A DNA stretch of 64,000 nt from Bacteroidales bacterium (GTDB lineage Bacteria; Bacteroidota; Bacteroidia; Bacteroidales; UBA4181): NCBI GenBank assembly GCA_017523725.1, contig JAFWVY010000033.1, positions 15,385-79,384 of the forward strand. The letters are read 5' to 3'. How positions within the stretch are numbered: the first letter of the stretch is position 1; every line of letters begins with the position of its first letter. The notes under the pieces were generated by a model. That model had not been told where the DNA came from, did not search any database, and was given only the letters and a program-made list of their open reading frames with translations. A program made the position numbers and the translations under genes. Shown piece by piece: positions 49,882 to 58,827 of the stretch.

Positions 49882-51231
49882 ATGGGGGTATTCTTTTCTA
49901 TCCGGACACGCAAGTCCAGAGGTCTGGCTGCGCTTCAAGTCCGGGTGCAAATGACTAGTCCGAAAGTCAATATCATTCAGACCACGCCAATAAGAGTGGA
50001 TATCGAAACCTACCAACTTGACCGAAACTCTCTGAAATGGGGCCGGTTCATCAAGTCGCCGGAAGGGAAAGATCTTCTGCAGAAGGAGCATGCCATCGAA
50101 AACGGCATTAATTACGTATTGCAGAAGGGCGGCGGCATAAGTCCGGAGCAGGTGCGGAAAGTCGTAGACGATGTCTGCTTTGCGGAGCTGCGCCGTAAGG
50201 AAAACGAAGCACAGGCACGGATGCATGCGGCGAAAGAAAAAGAGCAAAGAGTATCCTTCTTGAAATACAGACATATGTATCTTCAGCAGATTCAGAGTGG
50301 CGGGCGTGCCACCTATACGGGAAGGAATTTTGCGCCGTCAACGGTGGTCTCGGTCGGCATGGTATTCAATCGGCTGGCAGAATTCGAGAAACACCGGCAG
50401 CATATCTACGATTTCGATGAAATCGACATGAATTTCTACCGCGATTTCATAGCGTTCCTGAAACAGAACTCGTACAATCTCAATACTATCGGAAAGACCA
50501 TCAAGATACTCAAGACCGTGCTGCGCTGTGCCAAGGAAGACGGCTGCCACGCCAACTGCAACTATCTGGCACAGTCGTTCAAGGCCCCGAAATCCGATTG
50601 CGATGCCATTTATCTCACCCGCGAAGAGCTAGACCGCATCAATTCGCTCGACCTGTCGAAGGAGTCGCCGGGGAGACAACTGGCGCGCGATCTTTTCATG
50701 ATTGGTGTCTGGACGGCGCAGCGGGTCTCCGACTATAATCGCCTCACACGGGATTCCATCCGGACGGAGACCATCAGGAGCTGGGACGAGAACGGCAAGC
50801 TGTCGGAACGGCAGGTGATGACCATCCATGTGGTGCAGCAGAAGACAGGCAAAAAAGTGGTGATTCCGTGCAACAAAGAACTCCGTGCGCTGCTCGGGAA
50901 GTATCCGGAACGCCTGCCGCACCTCTCGGAGCAGAAACTGAACCAGTACCTCAAGGATTTGGGAAAGATGGCCGGACTCACCGAGGAGGTGGAGATCCGT
51001 TCGACGAAGGGCGGGGTTCTGACCACGGAGCGTCTGCCGAAATACCGGCTCATCCATTCGCATACAGCCCGGCGGACCGGTGCCACGCTCATGTACCTGT
51101 CGGGCATGAATGTTTACGACATCTGTAAAATCACAGGCCACTCGAACATCAAGACACTTGAGCGCTACATCAAGGCCGACGAGCTTGAAACCGTAAAACG
51201 GATTACCGAGACATACGACTATTTTAAGTAG
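49882..51231 (+). CDS. tyrosine-type site-specific recombinase/integrase
   Basis: About 449 aa. Catalytic pattern: TAQRVSD (Arg), HSHTARRTGAT (HxxR), GHSNIKTLERYIK (His...Tyr). The N-terminus MGVFFSIRTRK... is typical of Bacteroidetes arm-binding integrases. The track start 49876 is TTG and the ATG is at 49882. Confidence 0.9.
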   Translation: MGVFFSIRTRKSRGLAALQVRVQMTSPKVNIIQTTPIRVDIETYQLDRNSLKWGRFIKSPEGKDLLQKEHAIENGINYVLQKGGGISPEQVRKVVDDVCFAELRRKENEAQARMHAAKEKEQRVSFLKYRHMYLQQIQSGGRATYTGRNFAPSTVVSVGMVFNRLAEFEKHRQHIYDFDEIDMNFYRDFIAFLKQNSYNLNTIGKTIKILKTVLRCAKEDGCHANCNYLAQSFKAPKSDCDAIYLTREELDRINSLDLSKESPGRQLARDLFMIGVWTAQRVSDYNRLTRDSIRTETIRSWDENGKLSERQVMTIHVVQQKTGKKVVIPCNKELRALLGKYPERLPHLSEQKLNQYLKDLGKMAGLTEEVEIRSTKGGVLTTERLPKYRLIHSHTARRTGATLMYLSGMNVYDICKITGHSNIKTLERYIKADELETVKRITETYDYFK

Positions 51232-51243
51232 GCGGAATACCGG

Positions 51244-51320
51244 CGGATTGTCGTAAAAACTAAGGGTTCAACAGATAAAGTACGATGCCGCAAATCTTAT
51301 TTGCGTAGCATTTACGTAGC
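51244..51320 (+). repeat. motif cluster downstream of the recombinase: CGGATTGTCGTA, palindrome CGCAAAT-CTT-ATTTGCG, GCGTAGC-N4-ACGTAGC
   Basis: CGGATTGTCGTA at 51244-51255. AACAGATAAAGTACG at 51270-51284 is an inverted match to 49394-49407. The 7-3-7 palindrome is at 51289-51305. TTTGCGTAGCATTTACGTAGC is at 51300-51320. Confidence 0.7.
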
Positions 51321-51352
51321 AATTTTATAGACATGTTAAACTAAATAACTGA

Positions 51353-52420
51353 CAATCCGAGTACATTTTTTGTCCGGAGGGCACAAAAACCAGCTATGGC
51401 GACGTGACCGGAACGGGCACTGCAAAGAAACAGCGTATCGACTGGACGATCGGTGATCAGATCCGGATTCTCTGCCCTGAGGTGTCCGCACCGTCCACAC
51501 TTTACCAGGATTATCAGGTAACGAGTGTCGCAACTGCGGCCAACGGCAACAGCCAGGGAAAGATTGCATTGGTCAACGCTAACGATGAACCGCTGCAGTG
51601 GAACGCCACGGCCAACACGCCGCACAACTTTTACGCGGTGTATCCGTCGCCGGCAAACCGAGTCGAGGGATACGAAGTGTATATAGGCGACGGCAACATA
51701 GCCAGGACCGCCATCGTCTTCCCCGAAGAGGAAACCCTGATCGACAACGTCACCGAGACGCCGGCCAGCAGCGGCAACTATATTGTGACACCCGATACGA
51801 AGTACCTTTACATGATGGCCCAGACGCTCGGCCTTACCGAAGAAGCGGCCGGCACGCGGCAAGAAGTGTTCCTCACGTTCCTTCCGGTATCGACGGCCAT
51901 CGAGTTCACCATCACCAACAATTTCAGCAGCGGAGGGTCTATGAATGTCCAGGAAGTTTTCCTGAATTCGTCCGCCCCGCTGTGGGGAGTCACCAAGGCG
52001 GATTTCGGCTGGACAGGAAGCAAGCCCGTGTTCTCTACTCCAGTATCGTCGGAAACGCTTTCCAACGCGGATGACATTAAAAAGACTGGTATTGTCCTGG
52101 GTTCCGATACCAAACCTCTGACATTAGCATACGGAAAGACACTGACCTTTACCTTTTTCCTGCCGGCGAATGCTGACATCACGAACCTGACCTTCGGTAT
52201 TACAGGTACTAAAGTCAACGCGGACAACACCCCCGGTGAAGGTTTCACGCGCTCTACGGCGATAAGCAAGAGCGACGGTACGCCGATTGCCTTCGGAGCT
52301 TTCCAGAAGCACTTCGTCAAAGGTATTCTCGTCCCCGAAGGAGCCACCTGGATCGTGGCCGGCGACGTCAGCGTGACGCCCTGGAACGAAACGAGCGTGG
52401 ACTTGAATTTCGACGAATAG
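51353..52420 (+). pseudogene. 5'-truncated fimbrillin paralog (no ATG, no signal peptide or lipobox); possible silent cassette
   Basis: The frame opens after TGA 51350-51352. Homology to the 369-aa protein begins at PEGTKTSYG (versus TEGTRTSYS, residue ~40) and runs to the stop (...VTPWNETSVDLNFDE). The only in-frame start is GTG 51404. Confidence 0.7.
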
Positions 52421-52585
52421 GATTTTCAGCGTAATACATGCGGAATCGTATTTTAATTGCATAGCATTCCTTATTCTCATAGGGATTATAGGTCTCATTT
52501 TTTCTGGACAGATTTTTAAATTGTGATTTAGATATAAGTCGCGGTATCATCCGCATTTCCGGTTTCTCCGAAAATAACAAAACAC

Positions 52586-54073
52586 ATGAAAAAGAAAACG
52601 ATTCTATTCTGCACAGCGGCCATGTTTGCCGCTTGCAGTTTTTCAGGATGCAACGATGACGAATCCATTGCTCCCGAAAATGCAATCGGCGTATCGGTTT
52701 CTGCCGAGGACCTGGCCACCAAGGGCTCGGCTGTCACGACCGCCAGCCTCGCGCAGTTCGACGTGGACGGTTTTCTGCTGAAGGAAATCGCAGGCAAGGA
52801 GACGCACTACATCAACAACGGTGTGGTAACCAAAACCACCAACGGTTGGTCGCCGATTTACAAAACCGGTACGACAGACGCCTATGCCTGGGCAAGTCCG
52901 GCCATCGCCTTCTGGGCACATTCACCGTACCCGGAGGGGACCGTGCCGAGTACGAGTGTGACGTATGCGACCGACTACGGCACCATGAGTTTTGGTTACA
53001 CGCTGCCGGCCCACACGTCCGACAATGCCGATGCTGAACTGCAGCAGGACATCGTAGTGGCCTACACCAAAGCCAGCTACGCCGACACCGAGGCAGCAGG
53101 CTATGTTCCCGGCGTCGGCAAGGTGAACTTCACGTTCGGCCATGCGCTTGCGGGCATCCGGCTCGACGTGACCAACCTGGCCGCAGGTTGGACCGTGGAG
53201 AAGGTGACACTCTCCGGCATCTACTCGGGCGGATCCTGCACCGTCACGCCTGTCGCGAGCGGGGCGCCGACCTTTGCGTGGACGCTTGCTGCAGGTACTG
53301 CCACCTTTGTCCAGACACTGGCTCCGGCCGACTTCGAAGAAGTGACAGTCGGCGAGGGTGAGGATGCTGTTACTTCGACTCTTCTCAAGGAAAGTACCGG
53401 CAAGGTGTTCTTTATTCCGCCGCAGACCTTCCCCGAGGGGGCGAAGATGATTCTGACCTTGAACGATGGTGAGAATTCGTTCGATGTCACCGCCAGCCTC
53501 GCAGGCCTGACGGCCGTGGCGTCCAAGATGAACACTTACGCGGTTACCAAGGGTTTCCTGACCGTAACTCTTACGGGAGAAGTCAGAAACTGGGACACAA
53601 CAGAAGTTCCTTACACCACCTCCGACGAGCTCCCCCAGGCGACCCAGTTCGCCGTTTCCGGGGAAGGTGTTAAAAACGTATATGAACTGCACAATACAGA
53701 TGCGGGCAAACCTTTCCGCCAGACCTGGGTGCTCGGGACCAATACCGCCACGGTGTCGTTCCGGATTTTCTCCCCTGCGGGAGGTACCTATGAGATCGTA
53801 CCTCAGGGTGCCACCGAAAAGTTCACCGTCAGCGGTACCCTTACGGGCTCCATCAGCGCACGCAACAGCAACGACGGTATCACCAAGGCCGTCTTCACCA
53901 TCACGCCCAACGGCGCTGCGGCTGGCGACCAGATCTGGTTCAAGACCTATGTCACAGACACCAAAGGAACAGAAGACACGTCCGATGACGTCACTTACAG
54001 TCTGGATTCAGAGACGCAGCTGTACGACATCCGCGGATACCACTACTTCCAGATCAACGATCCTCTTCAGTAG
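52586..54073 (+). CDS. fimbrillin-family lipoprotein, 495 aa (module A, gene 1)
   Basis: Lipobox FSGC + NDDES, T-K at residue 46, FTFGHALAGIRLD. It is a close paralog of 58828..60330 and of the N-terminus of the 978-aa protein. Confidence 0.8.
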   Translation: MKKKTILFCTAAMFAACSFSGCNDDESIAPENAIGVSVSAEDLATKGSAVTTASLAQFDVDGFLLKEIAGKETHYINNGVVTKTTNGWSPIYKTGTTDAYAWASPAIAFWAHSPYPEGTVPSTSVTYATDYGTMSFGYTLPAHTSDNADAELQQDIVVAYTKASYADTEAAGYVPGVGKVNFTFGHALAGIRLDVTNLAAGWTVEKVTLSGIYSGGSCTVTPVASGAPTFAWTLAAGTATFVQTLAPADFEEVTVGEGEDAVTSTLLKESTGKVFFIPPQTFPEGAKMILTLNDGENSFDVTASLAGLTAVASKMNTYAVTKGFLTVTLTGEVRNWDTTEVPYTTSDELPQATQFAVSGEGVKNVYELHNTDAGKPFRQTWVLGTNTATVSFRIFSPAGGTYEIVPQGATEKFTVSGTLTGSISARNSNDGITKAVFTITPNGAAAGDQIWFKTYVTDTKGTEDTSDDVTYSLDSETQLYDIRGYHYFQINDPLQ

Positions 54074-54097
54074 TAATTCTCAATCAGTCAAAAGAAT

Positions 54098-56683
54098 ATG
54101 AAAAGATTTATATATAGCATCATGGCGTTGGCGGTAATCGTATGGACCGTCACATCTTGCAATGTCACGGAAGAGGAACCGGCAACGCCGGCAGGTCAGC
54201 TGACCATCAACCTCGACAGCGGATTCCTCCAGACGCGTACGGCGGATGTGTCGTTCGAAGGCGTTATTGACCATTTTGACTTTTTCTTCTTTACAGATGC
54301 CGAAGGAACTACGCCTGTGGCAGGGATGCACGGCCGGGTAACGGGCAGTACGACGACCCTTGATGCCACTAAAAGCGGGGATTATTACGCCCTCCGTCAC
54401 ATCACATCCTATGTGTACATCCTGGCTAATTATCCCGGCGAACTGAGCCATACCGCAGACTGGACCCTTGCGCAGCTGCTGGCCCTGGAACTCGACCATC
54501 CTCTTGCCAAGAGAGTGACGGTGGTGAATCCGGAAACCGAGCTGCCAGAGGAGACCGATGAAATCGAGTTCTGCGATTATCTGGTGATGGACTCTTACGA
54601 TGCTGCCAATAATACCTATACCACGGAAATCGCTCCGCAGACGTTCAACGAGACGCGCACGGTGACCATCGGCCTCAGCCGCATCGCCGCCAAGCTCACG
54701 ATGGAAATCACGGTCCCGGAGAGTGTCACCAGTGCGGGAGGTGAGGTCTGGACCCCGGTGGTGAAAGACATCCAGGCGTATTTCGTGAACGCCCTTAACA
54801 ACAAGCCTACGGTGAGCGGTACTCCCGTAAAGCGCAGCGGTCTCACCAGTGAGACGGGCTATGAATACATGACCTATCCCACCTCGTATCCGCTTACGCG
54901 GAAGGAAGGGACAGACATAGTCTTCGATACGGATCCGGTCTATACCTATCCCCAGGAATGGACGATGGGAGAGAACGGCGAGGCCTACTTCAAGATTGCG
55001 ATGCCCTGGAACGGCAGTGTCCACGGTACGTCCAACTTCTATTACAAAGTAACGGCACCGAAGCCGGTGGATGGAAAGATCACCCTCAACCGCAACAGCT
55101 GGTACAAGATCAGCGTGACCCTTTCGGTTCTCGAATCCGAAGAAGAATACATAGAGGTACAGTACGATTTTACCGTGGCTCCCTGGGCCGGCGGCATCGA
55201 TGGCGGCAGCCCCCTGAGCTCGGCTCAGTTCTTCAATGTGCCCGTAAAGAGTTATACCCTCTATAGTCAGGACAGCATCATGGTTCCGTTCTCTTCGAGT
55301 TCGGCGGTAAGTGCGTACTTCACGGAGATCAGCTACAAGCACTACAGTGAAGGTGAGAGTGCAACCTACACGTTCAACTATACTGAGAGTGACAATAAGA
55401 CTTCCTTTACCCTTCCTACAACGTACGAAGGAGCAACGATTTCTCCTGCTATCGCTCAGGACAAGAATGCATACACCCTGACGGTAGAAGGTAAGAACGT
55501 CAAGTTCAAACACCCGTTGGCCAATATTTATACGGTACGTAATGTCACGTTTGTCATCAAGAATGAGGAGGGTTTAACAGCGACTATTACGATAGCGCAG
55601 CATCCGGCCATTGAGGTTAAAAACCGCTTAGGCGGAACCGTTTTTGTCAACGGCCATTTTGCCAGGGCACTGCCGACTGTACATGTGAATGGTGTTTCGA
55701 GCCAGGGTGTAGAAAACCAATTGATGGGTGCCCCTATAGTACTTCGCTATATCCCCGGACAAGGGGAGACCAGATATCACAGTGATGATAAAGATTTTCC
55801 TGTGGAGTCAACTTCGTTTACTAATACAAATGCATATTGGTACTATCCGGCAAATTATGGCTCTACCGAGTCAACCACGCCTGTAATTATCAGAGATCCT
55901 GATTATGGACGCTACGGGTTTGTCGAGGCCGATGTCGATCGTGGCAGAGAACTGTATATGACAGAAGTAATTGTGTCTGCTTTTAATTCAGGCAACAATA
56001 AGTATGTCATCAAAGAGAACGGCGTGATGAAGGACTCTACGTATTTCAGGCTTGGAGACCCGCGCGTTAAAGCAGGTTCTTCGCGGTTTTCGGAGTTTAC
56101 GATTGTCCCGTCAAAACGAAATAATAGGACGGGTGGAGGCTATCTGTACCAGGCTTCGACTCTGAGAGATTCCAACGGAACTCCACTTGCCGAACAAGTA
56201 GATGCCGTATATAAGGCATGGGAACAACCCGAAAAGATAATGATCTCCTCCACAAATAAGTTGGATGCCAATTTTATCGCACCCCACTTCATTGTATCCT
56301 CCTTCTTTAATGCACAGCCAGGCTCTCTTACGCATGCAAATTGTATAAAGCGTGCAGCTACTTATCAGGAAGCTGGTTTCCCTGCCGGCCGCTGGCGTCT
56401 GCCTACCGAGGCTGAAATCATGTTCATGGTTCAGCAGCAGCAGCGGGGTGTGATTCCGATTATCTGGGCCGCGGGTTCCACTTATTGGTGTGCCGATGGA
56501 CGGTATGTGACTGTGGGTAATTCTGGTGATGTCGTGAGTTTCACCACGACCACTGCCAGTGACACACGCGTCAACCGTTTCGTCTATGACCTCTGGTACT
56601 GGGGTGATGAACCGATGTCCGACACAGAAACCTACTGGCCCAACATGCACCTTGTGGCACCTAATGCAAACGCTGGTAATTAA
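54098..56683 (+). CDS. 861-aa FimA/Mfa-like pilin-family lipoprotein with a DUF1566-like C-terminal motif (module A, gene 2)
   Basis: Lipobox VTSC, T-R at 47, IDHFDFFFF motif, C-terminal YQEAGFPAGRWRLPTEAEIMFM. It is a paralog of 60352..62997. Confidence 0.75.
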   Translation: MKRFIYSIMALAVIVWTVTSCNVTEEEPATPAGQLTINLDSGFLQTRTADVSFEGVIDHFDFFFFTDAEGTTPVAGMHGRVTGSTTTLDATKSGDYYALRHITSYVYILANYPGELSHTADWTLAQLLALELDHPLAKRVTVVNPETELPEETDEIEFCDYLVMDSYDAANNTYTTEIAPQTFNETRTVTIGLSRIAAKLTMEITVPESVTSAGGEVWTPVVKDIQAYFVNALNNKPTVSGTPVKRSGLTSETGYEYMTYPTSYPLTRKEGTDIVFDTDPVYTYPQEWTMGENGEAYFKIAMPWNGSVHGTSNFYYKVTAPKPVDGKITLNRNSWYKISVTLSVLESEEEYIEVQYDFTVAPWAGGIDGGSPLSSAQFFNVPVKSYTLYSQDSIMVPFSSSSAVSAYFTEISYKHYSEGESATYTFNYTESDNKTSFTLPTTYEGATISPAIAQDKNAYTLTVEGKNVKFKHPLANIYTVRNVTFVIKNEEGLTATITIAQHPAIEVKNRLGGTVFVNGHFARALPTVHVNGVSSQGVENQLMGAPIVLRYIPGQGETRYHSDDKDFPVESTSFTNTNAYWYYPANYGSTESTTPVIIRDPDYGRYGFVEADVDRGRELYMTEVIVSAFNSGNNKYVIKENGVMKDSTYFRLGDPRVKAGSSRFSEFTIVPSKRNNRTGGGYLYQASTLRDSNGTPLAEQVDAVYKAWEQPEKIMISSTNKLDANFIAPHFIVSSFFNAQPGSLTHANCIKRAATYQEAGFPAGRWRLPTEAEIMFMVQQQQRGVIPIIWAAGSTYWCADGRYVTVGNSGDVVSFTTTTASDTRVNRFVYDLWYWGDEPMSDTETYWPNMHLVAPNANAGN

Positions 56684-56700
56684 CGAGTCAATCCAAGAAA

Positions 56701-58746
56701 ATGAAAGCAATAAAATATTTAGCAATAATTGTACTCGCCGCAGGTCTTTTCGCCTGCCAGAAAGAAACAGACGAACCCGTGCCGGTTGCCGGTGACAAGG
56801 TCGAGGTGACCTTTGACGTGCAGTTCCCGGAAGCTATTCCGGTGGAAACCAAAGCGACAATGGGAGAGAATCCGCTGGGCACCGAGGATTTCAATCTTTA
56901 TCTGTGCATTTACGGTGCTGGAGACGGTTATGTGCAGAACTGGATTCCGGCGACAGTGACAAACAAGACAGTGGTAGACGGTTACCTCACGGGCGGAAAG
57001 TATAAGGCGTTGCTGCCGCTTTCGGACGAGCCGCGTACCATCCACTTCATTGCCAATCCGCCGGAGGCACTGATCGCCACACCGCCCACCTCGCTCTATA
57101 TGGACGAGGTGATGCACCTGATGGTAGATACCGGTAACGAATGCTCGTACTGGCAGGAAGTGACCCTTCCGCATATCAAGATGGCGAATGGCGTGGTAGA
57201 TCCTACCAGCGTGTCTAAGATTTCTTCGGGCATTCGCCTGGTGCGCAATTATGCCAAGATTATTGTGGATTCCACGCCGCGCCCCGCAGGTCCTGCAGCT
57301 GATTGGGAACATCATGACAACTTCACTATATTGCAGTGGACGCTGATCAACGTGCCCGACCGTGGGTACGTGGCGCCTTATACTGGAAATTCGCAGAACC
57401 GGTTCCCGGATGGTTATGTAAATATCAGTAATTATTCCACTGCGGGGGCTCTTTATGCCCAGCTGACTGGGACAGAAACAAATAACGACAATTATCCCGG
57501 CAACATTCCGGATGGTGCTGTTATCATCGAGACCTATCCCGGCAATCCTGACGATGTCCCGCAGGCTTACGTCGCTGGCGGAGCGGCCAGGTACATGTAC
57601 GAGCGTCCGCTTCCGACTGTCGAACAGCGGCAGACGGCGATTCTTGCGCAGATTCAGTTTAATCCCCCTCACGAGCTGACCCATCCTCAGCCTGGAGAAC
57701 ACGGTGATCAGGAACGTATTTATTGGTACAAGATTGAGCTCCTCGGCGGGAGTGGGCAGTACATTCCTTTCCTGCGCAATATTGCTTACACCATACGGTT
57801 GAAGGGCATTACCGAGAGAGGATATGCCACGGCGCAGGAGGCCTATAAGGGCCGTTATTTCGGGAACATCTCCTCCTCGCTCGAAACGGCCGGGCTCAAT
57901 GATTTGTCGAACGGTAAAGCGGAAATATATGTCGAGGTGATGGACTACACCTTCCTGACAGGAGGAGGAGATCCTTTTTATCTCGACAACGGCTCCGATC
58001 CTCGGACTCCGGCGAAGTTCTGGTTCTCCCCCGATATAGATGCTCCTCAACCGCACTATTTTCCTAACAGTGGACCAGGACGCACTATCACGGTCACCCT
58101 GCAGCCTGTGGCCGGATATGCTCCAGCTGTCAGCGAGGTGACGGCAGATGAAGACGGTCAGATACAGGTGACCCTGAATGATACGGGCGATGCAATCAAG
58201 CGAAGCATCATCCGCGTAGCCGGCAAAAAAGGCCCTGCCAACAGTCCCGAACCGGAACTGTACCGCGACATCACCATCACCCTGATGGAGACGCAGGATT
58301 TTGCCCATGGCACTACCGCTACCGCGATAGAGACCAGCCCGGATGAGATGGATGCTGTTAACGAACCCGTCGGGATAACGCTCCGCCTGCCGGAAGGTCT
58401 TGGCGCATCGGTGTTCCCCGTCCAGCTCCGCATCGAGGCTGAGAACAATACGCTCTCTGCCACAAGTCCGGACCTGCCGGTCCAGACCGGAGCTTCGGTA
58501 TTCGACCCGACCCGCAATACCTTCTACTTTATTTACACCATTTCGTACGATATGTACCGCCATCTTGATCAGGCCACATGGACGTACAACTATTCCTACG
58601 AATTCCCGATCACCCTGTATACCAACAGCCGCACCAACAATGCCACGCTGATTGACATCAGGGACCTTGGGGGAAAATTCAATCCGATGAAACTCGGGCT
58701 GGGTGTTGAGGTTCCTTCTGAAACTGAAACAGACCCCGAGCCCTAA
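56701..58746 (+). CDS. 681-aa FimA/Mfa-like pilin-family lipoprotein (module A, gene 3)
   Basis: Lipobox LFAC + QKETDE, T-K at 51, FNLYLCIYGAGDG, RYMYERPLP (FimA-type YxYE motif). It is a paralog of 63017..>64000. Confidence 0.75.
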   Translation: MKAIKYLAIIVLAAGLFACQKETDEPVPVAGDKVEVTFDVQFPEAIPVETKATMGENPLGTEDFNLYLCIYGAGDGYVQNWIPATVTNKTVVDGYLTGGKYKALLPLSDEPRTIHFIANPPEALIATPPTSLYMDEVMHLMVDTGNECSYWQEVTLPHIKMANGVVDPTSVSKISSGIRLVRNYAKIIVDSTPRPAGPAADWEHHDNFTILQWTLINVPDRGYVAPYTGNSQNRFPDGYVNISNYSTAGALYAQLTGTETNNDNYPGNIPDGAVIIETYPGNPDDVPQAYVAGGAARYMYERPLPTVEQRQTAILAQIQFNPPHELTHPQPGEHGDQERIYWYKIELLGGSGQYIPFLRNIAYTIRLKGITERGYATAQEAYKGRYFGNISSSLETAGLNDLSNGKAEIYVEVMDYTFLTGGGDPFYLDNGSDPRTPAKFWFSPDIDAPQPHYFPNSGPGRTITVTLQPVAGYAPAVSEVTADEDGQIQVTLNDTGDAIKRSIIRVAGKKGPANSPEPELYRDITITLMETQDFAHGTTATAIETSPDEMDAVNEPVGITLRLPEGLGASVFPVQLRIEAENNTLSATSPDLPVQTGASVFDPTRNTFYFIYTISYDMYRHLDQATWTYNYSYEFPITLYTNSRTNNATLIDIRDLGGKFNPMKLGLGVEVPSETETDPEP

Positions 58747-58786
58747 AGAATGAAAGTGTTGCATTATCGATAATAAAGGAAAATAT

Positions 58787-58823
58787 GGGACGGACGCCGC
58801 AGGGCGTTCTTCCCTTTTCTTGT
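58787..58823 (+). terminator. probable intrinsic terminator between module A and module B
   Basis: GGGACGGACGCC-GCAG-GGCGTTCTTCCC, an imperfect 12-bp stem, followed by TTTTCTTGTT. Confidence 0.45.
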
Positions 58824-58827
58824 TAAA

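Noticed and set aside
49882-51231. Calling the integrase a marker of an integrated mobile element or prophage
   Set aside because: There are no excisionase, transfer, replication or phage genes nearby and no att-like direct repeats bounding a larger segment. The flanking genes are paralogs of one another. A local inversion or regulatory role fits better, so no mobile_element feature was called.
56719-58764. 681-aa minus-strand ORF that mirrors the 681-aa plus-strand pilin gene almost exactly
   Set aside because: The equal length is striking, but the minus product is R/G/I-rich with no signal peptide. The plus product has a lipobox, pilin motifs and a paralog at 63017. Similar shadows occur at 54080..55513, 43316..44305 and 39930..41111.
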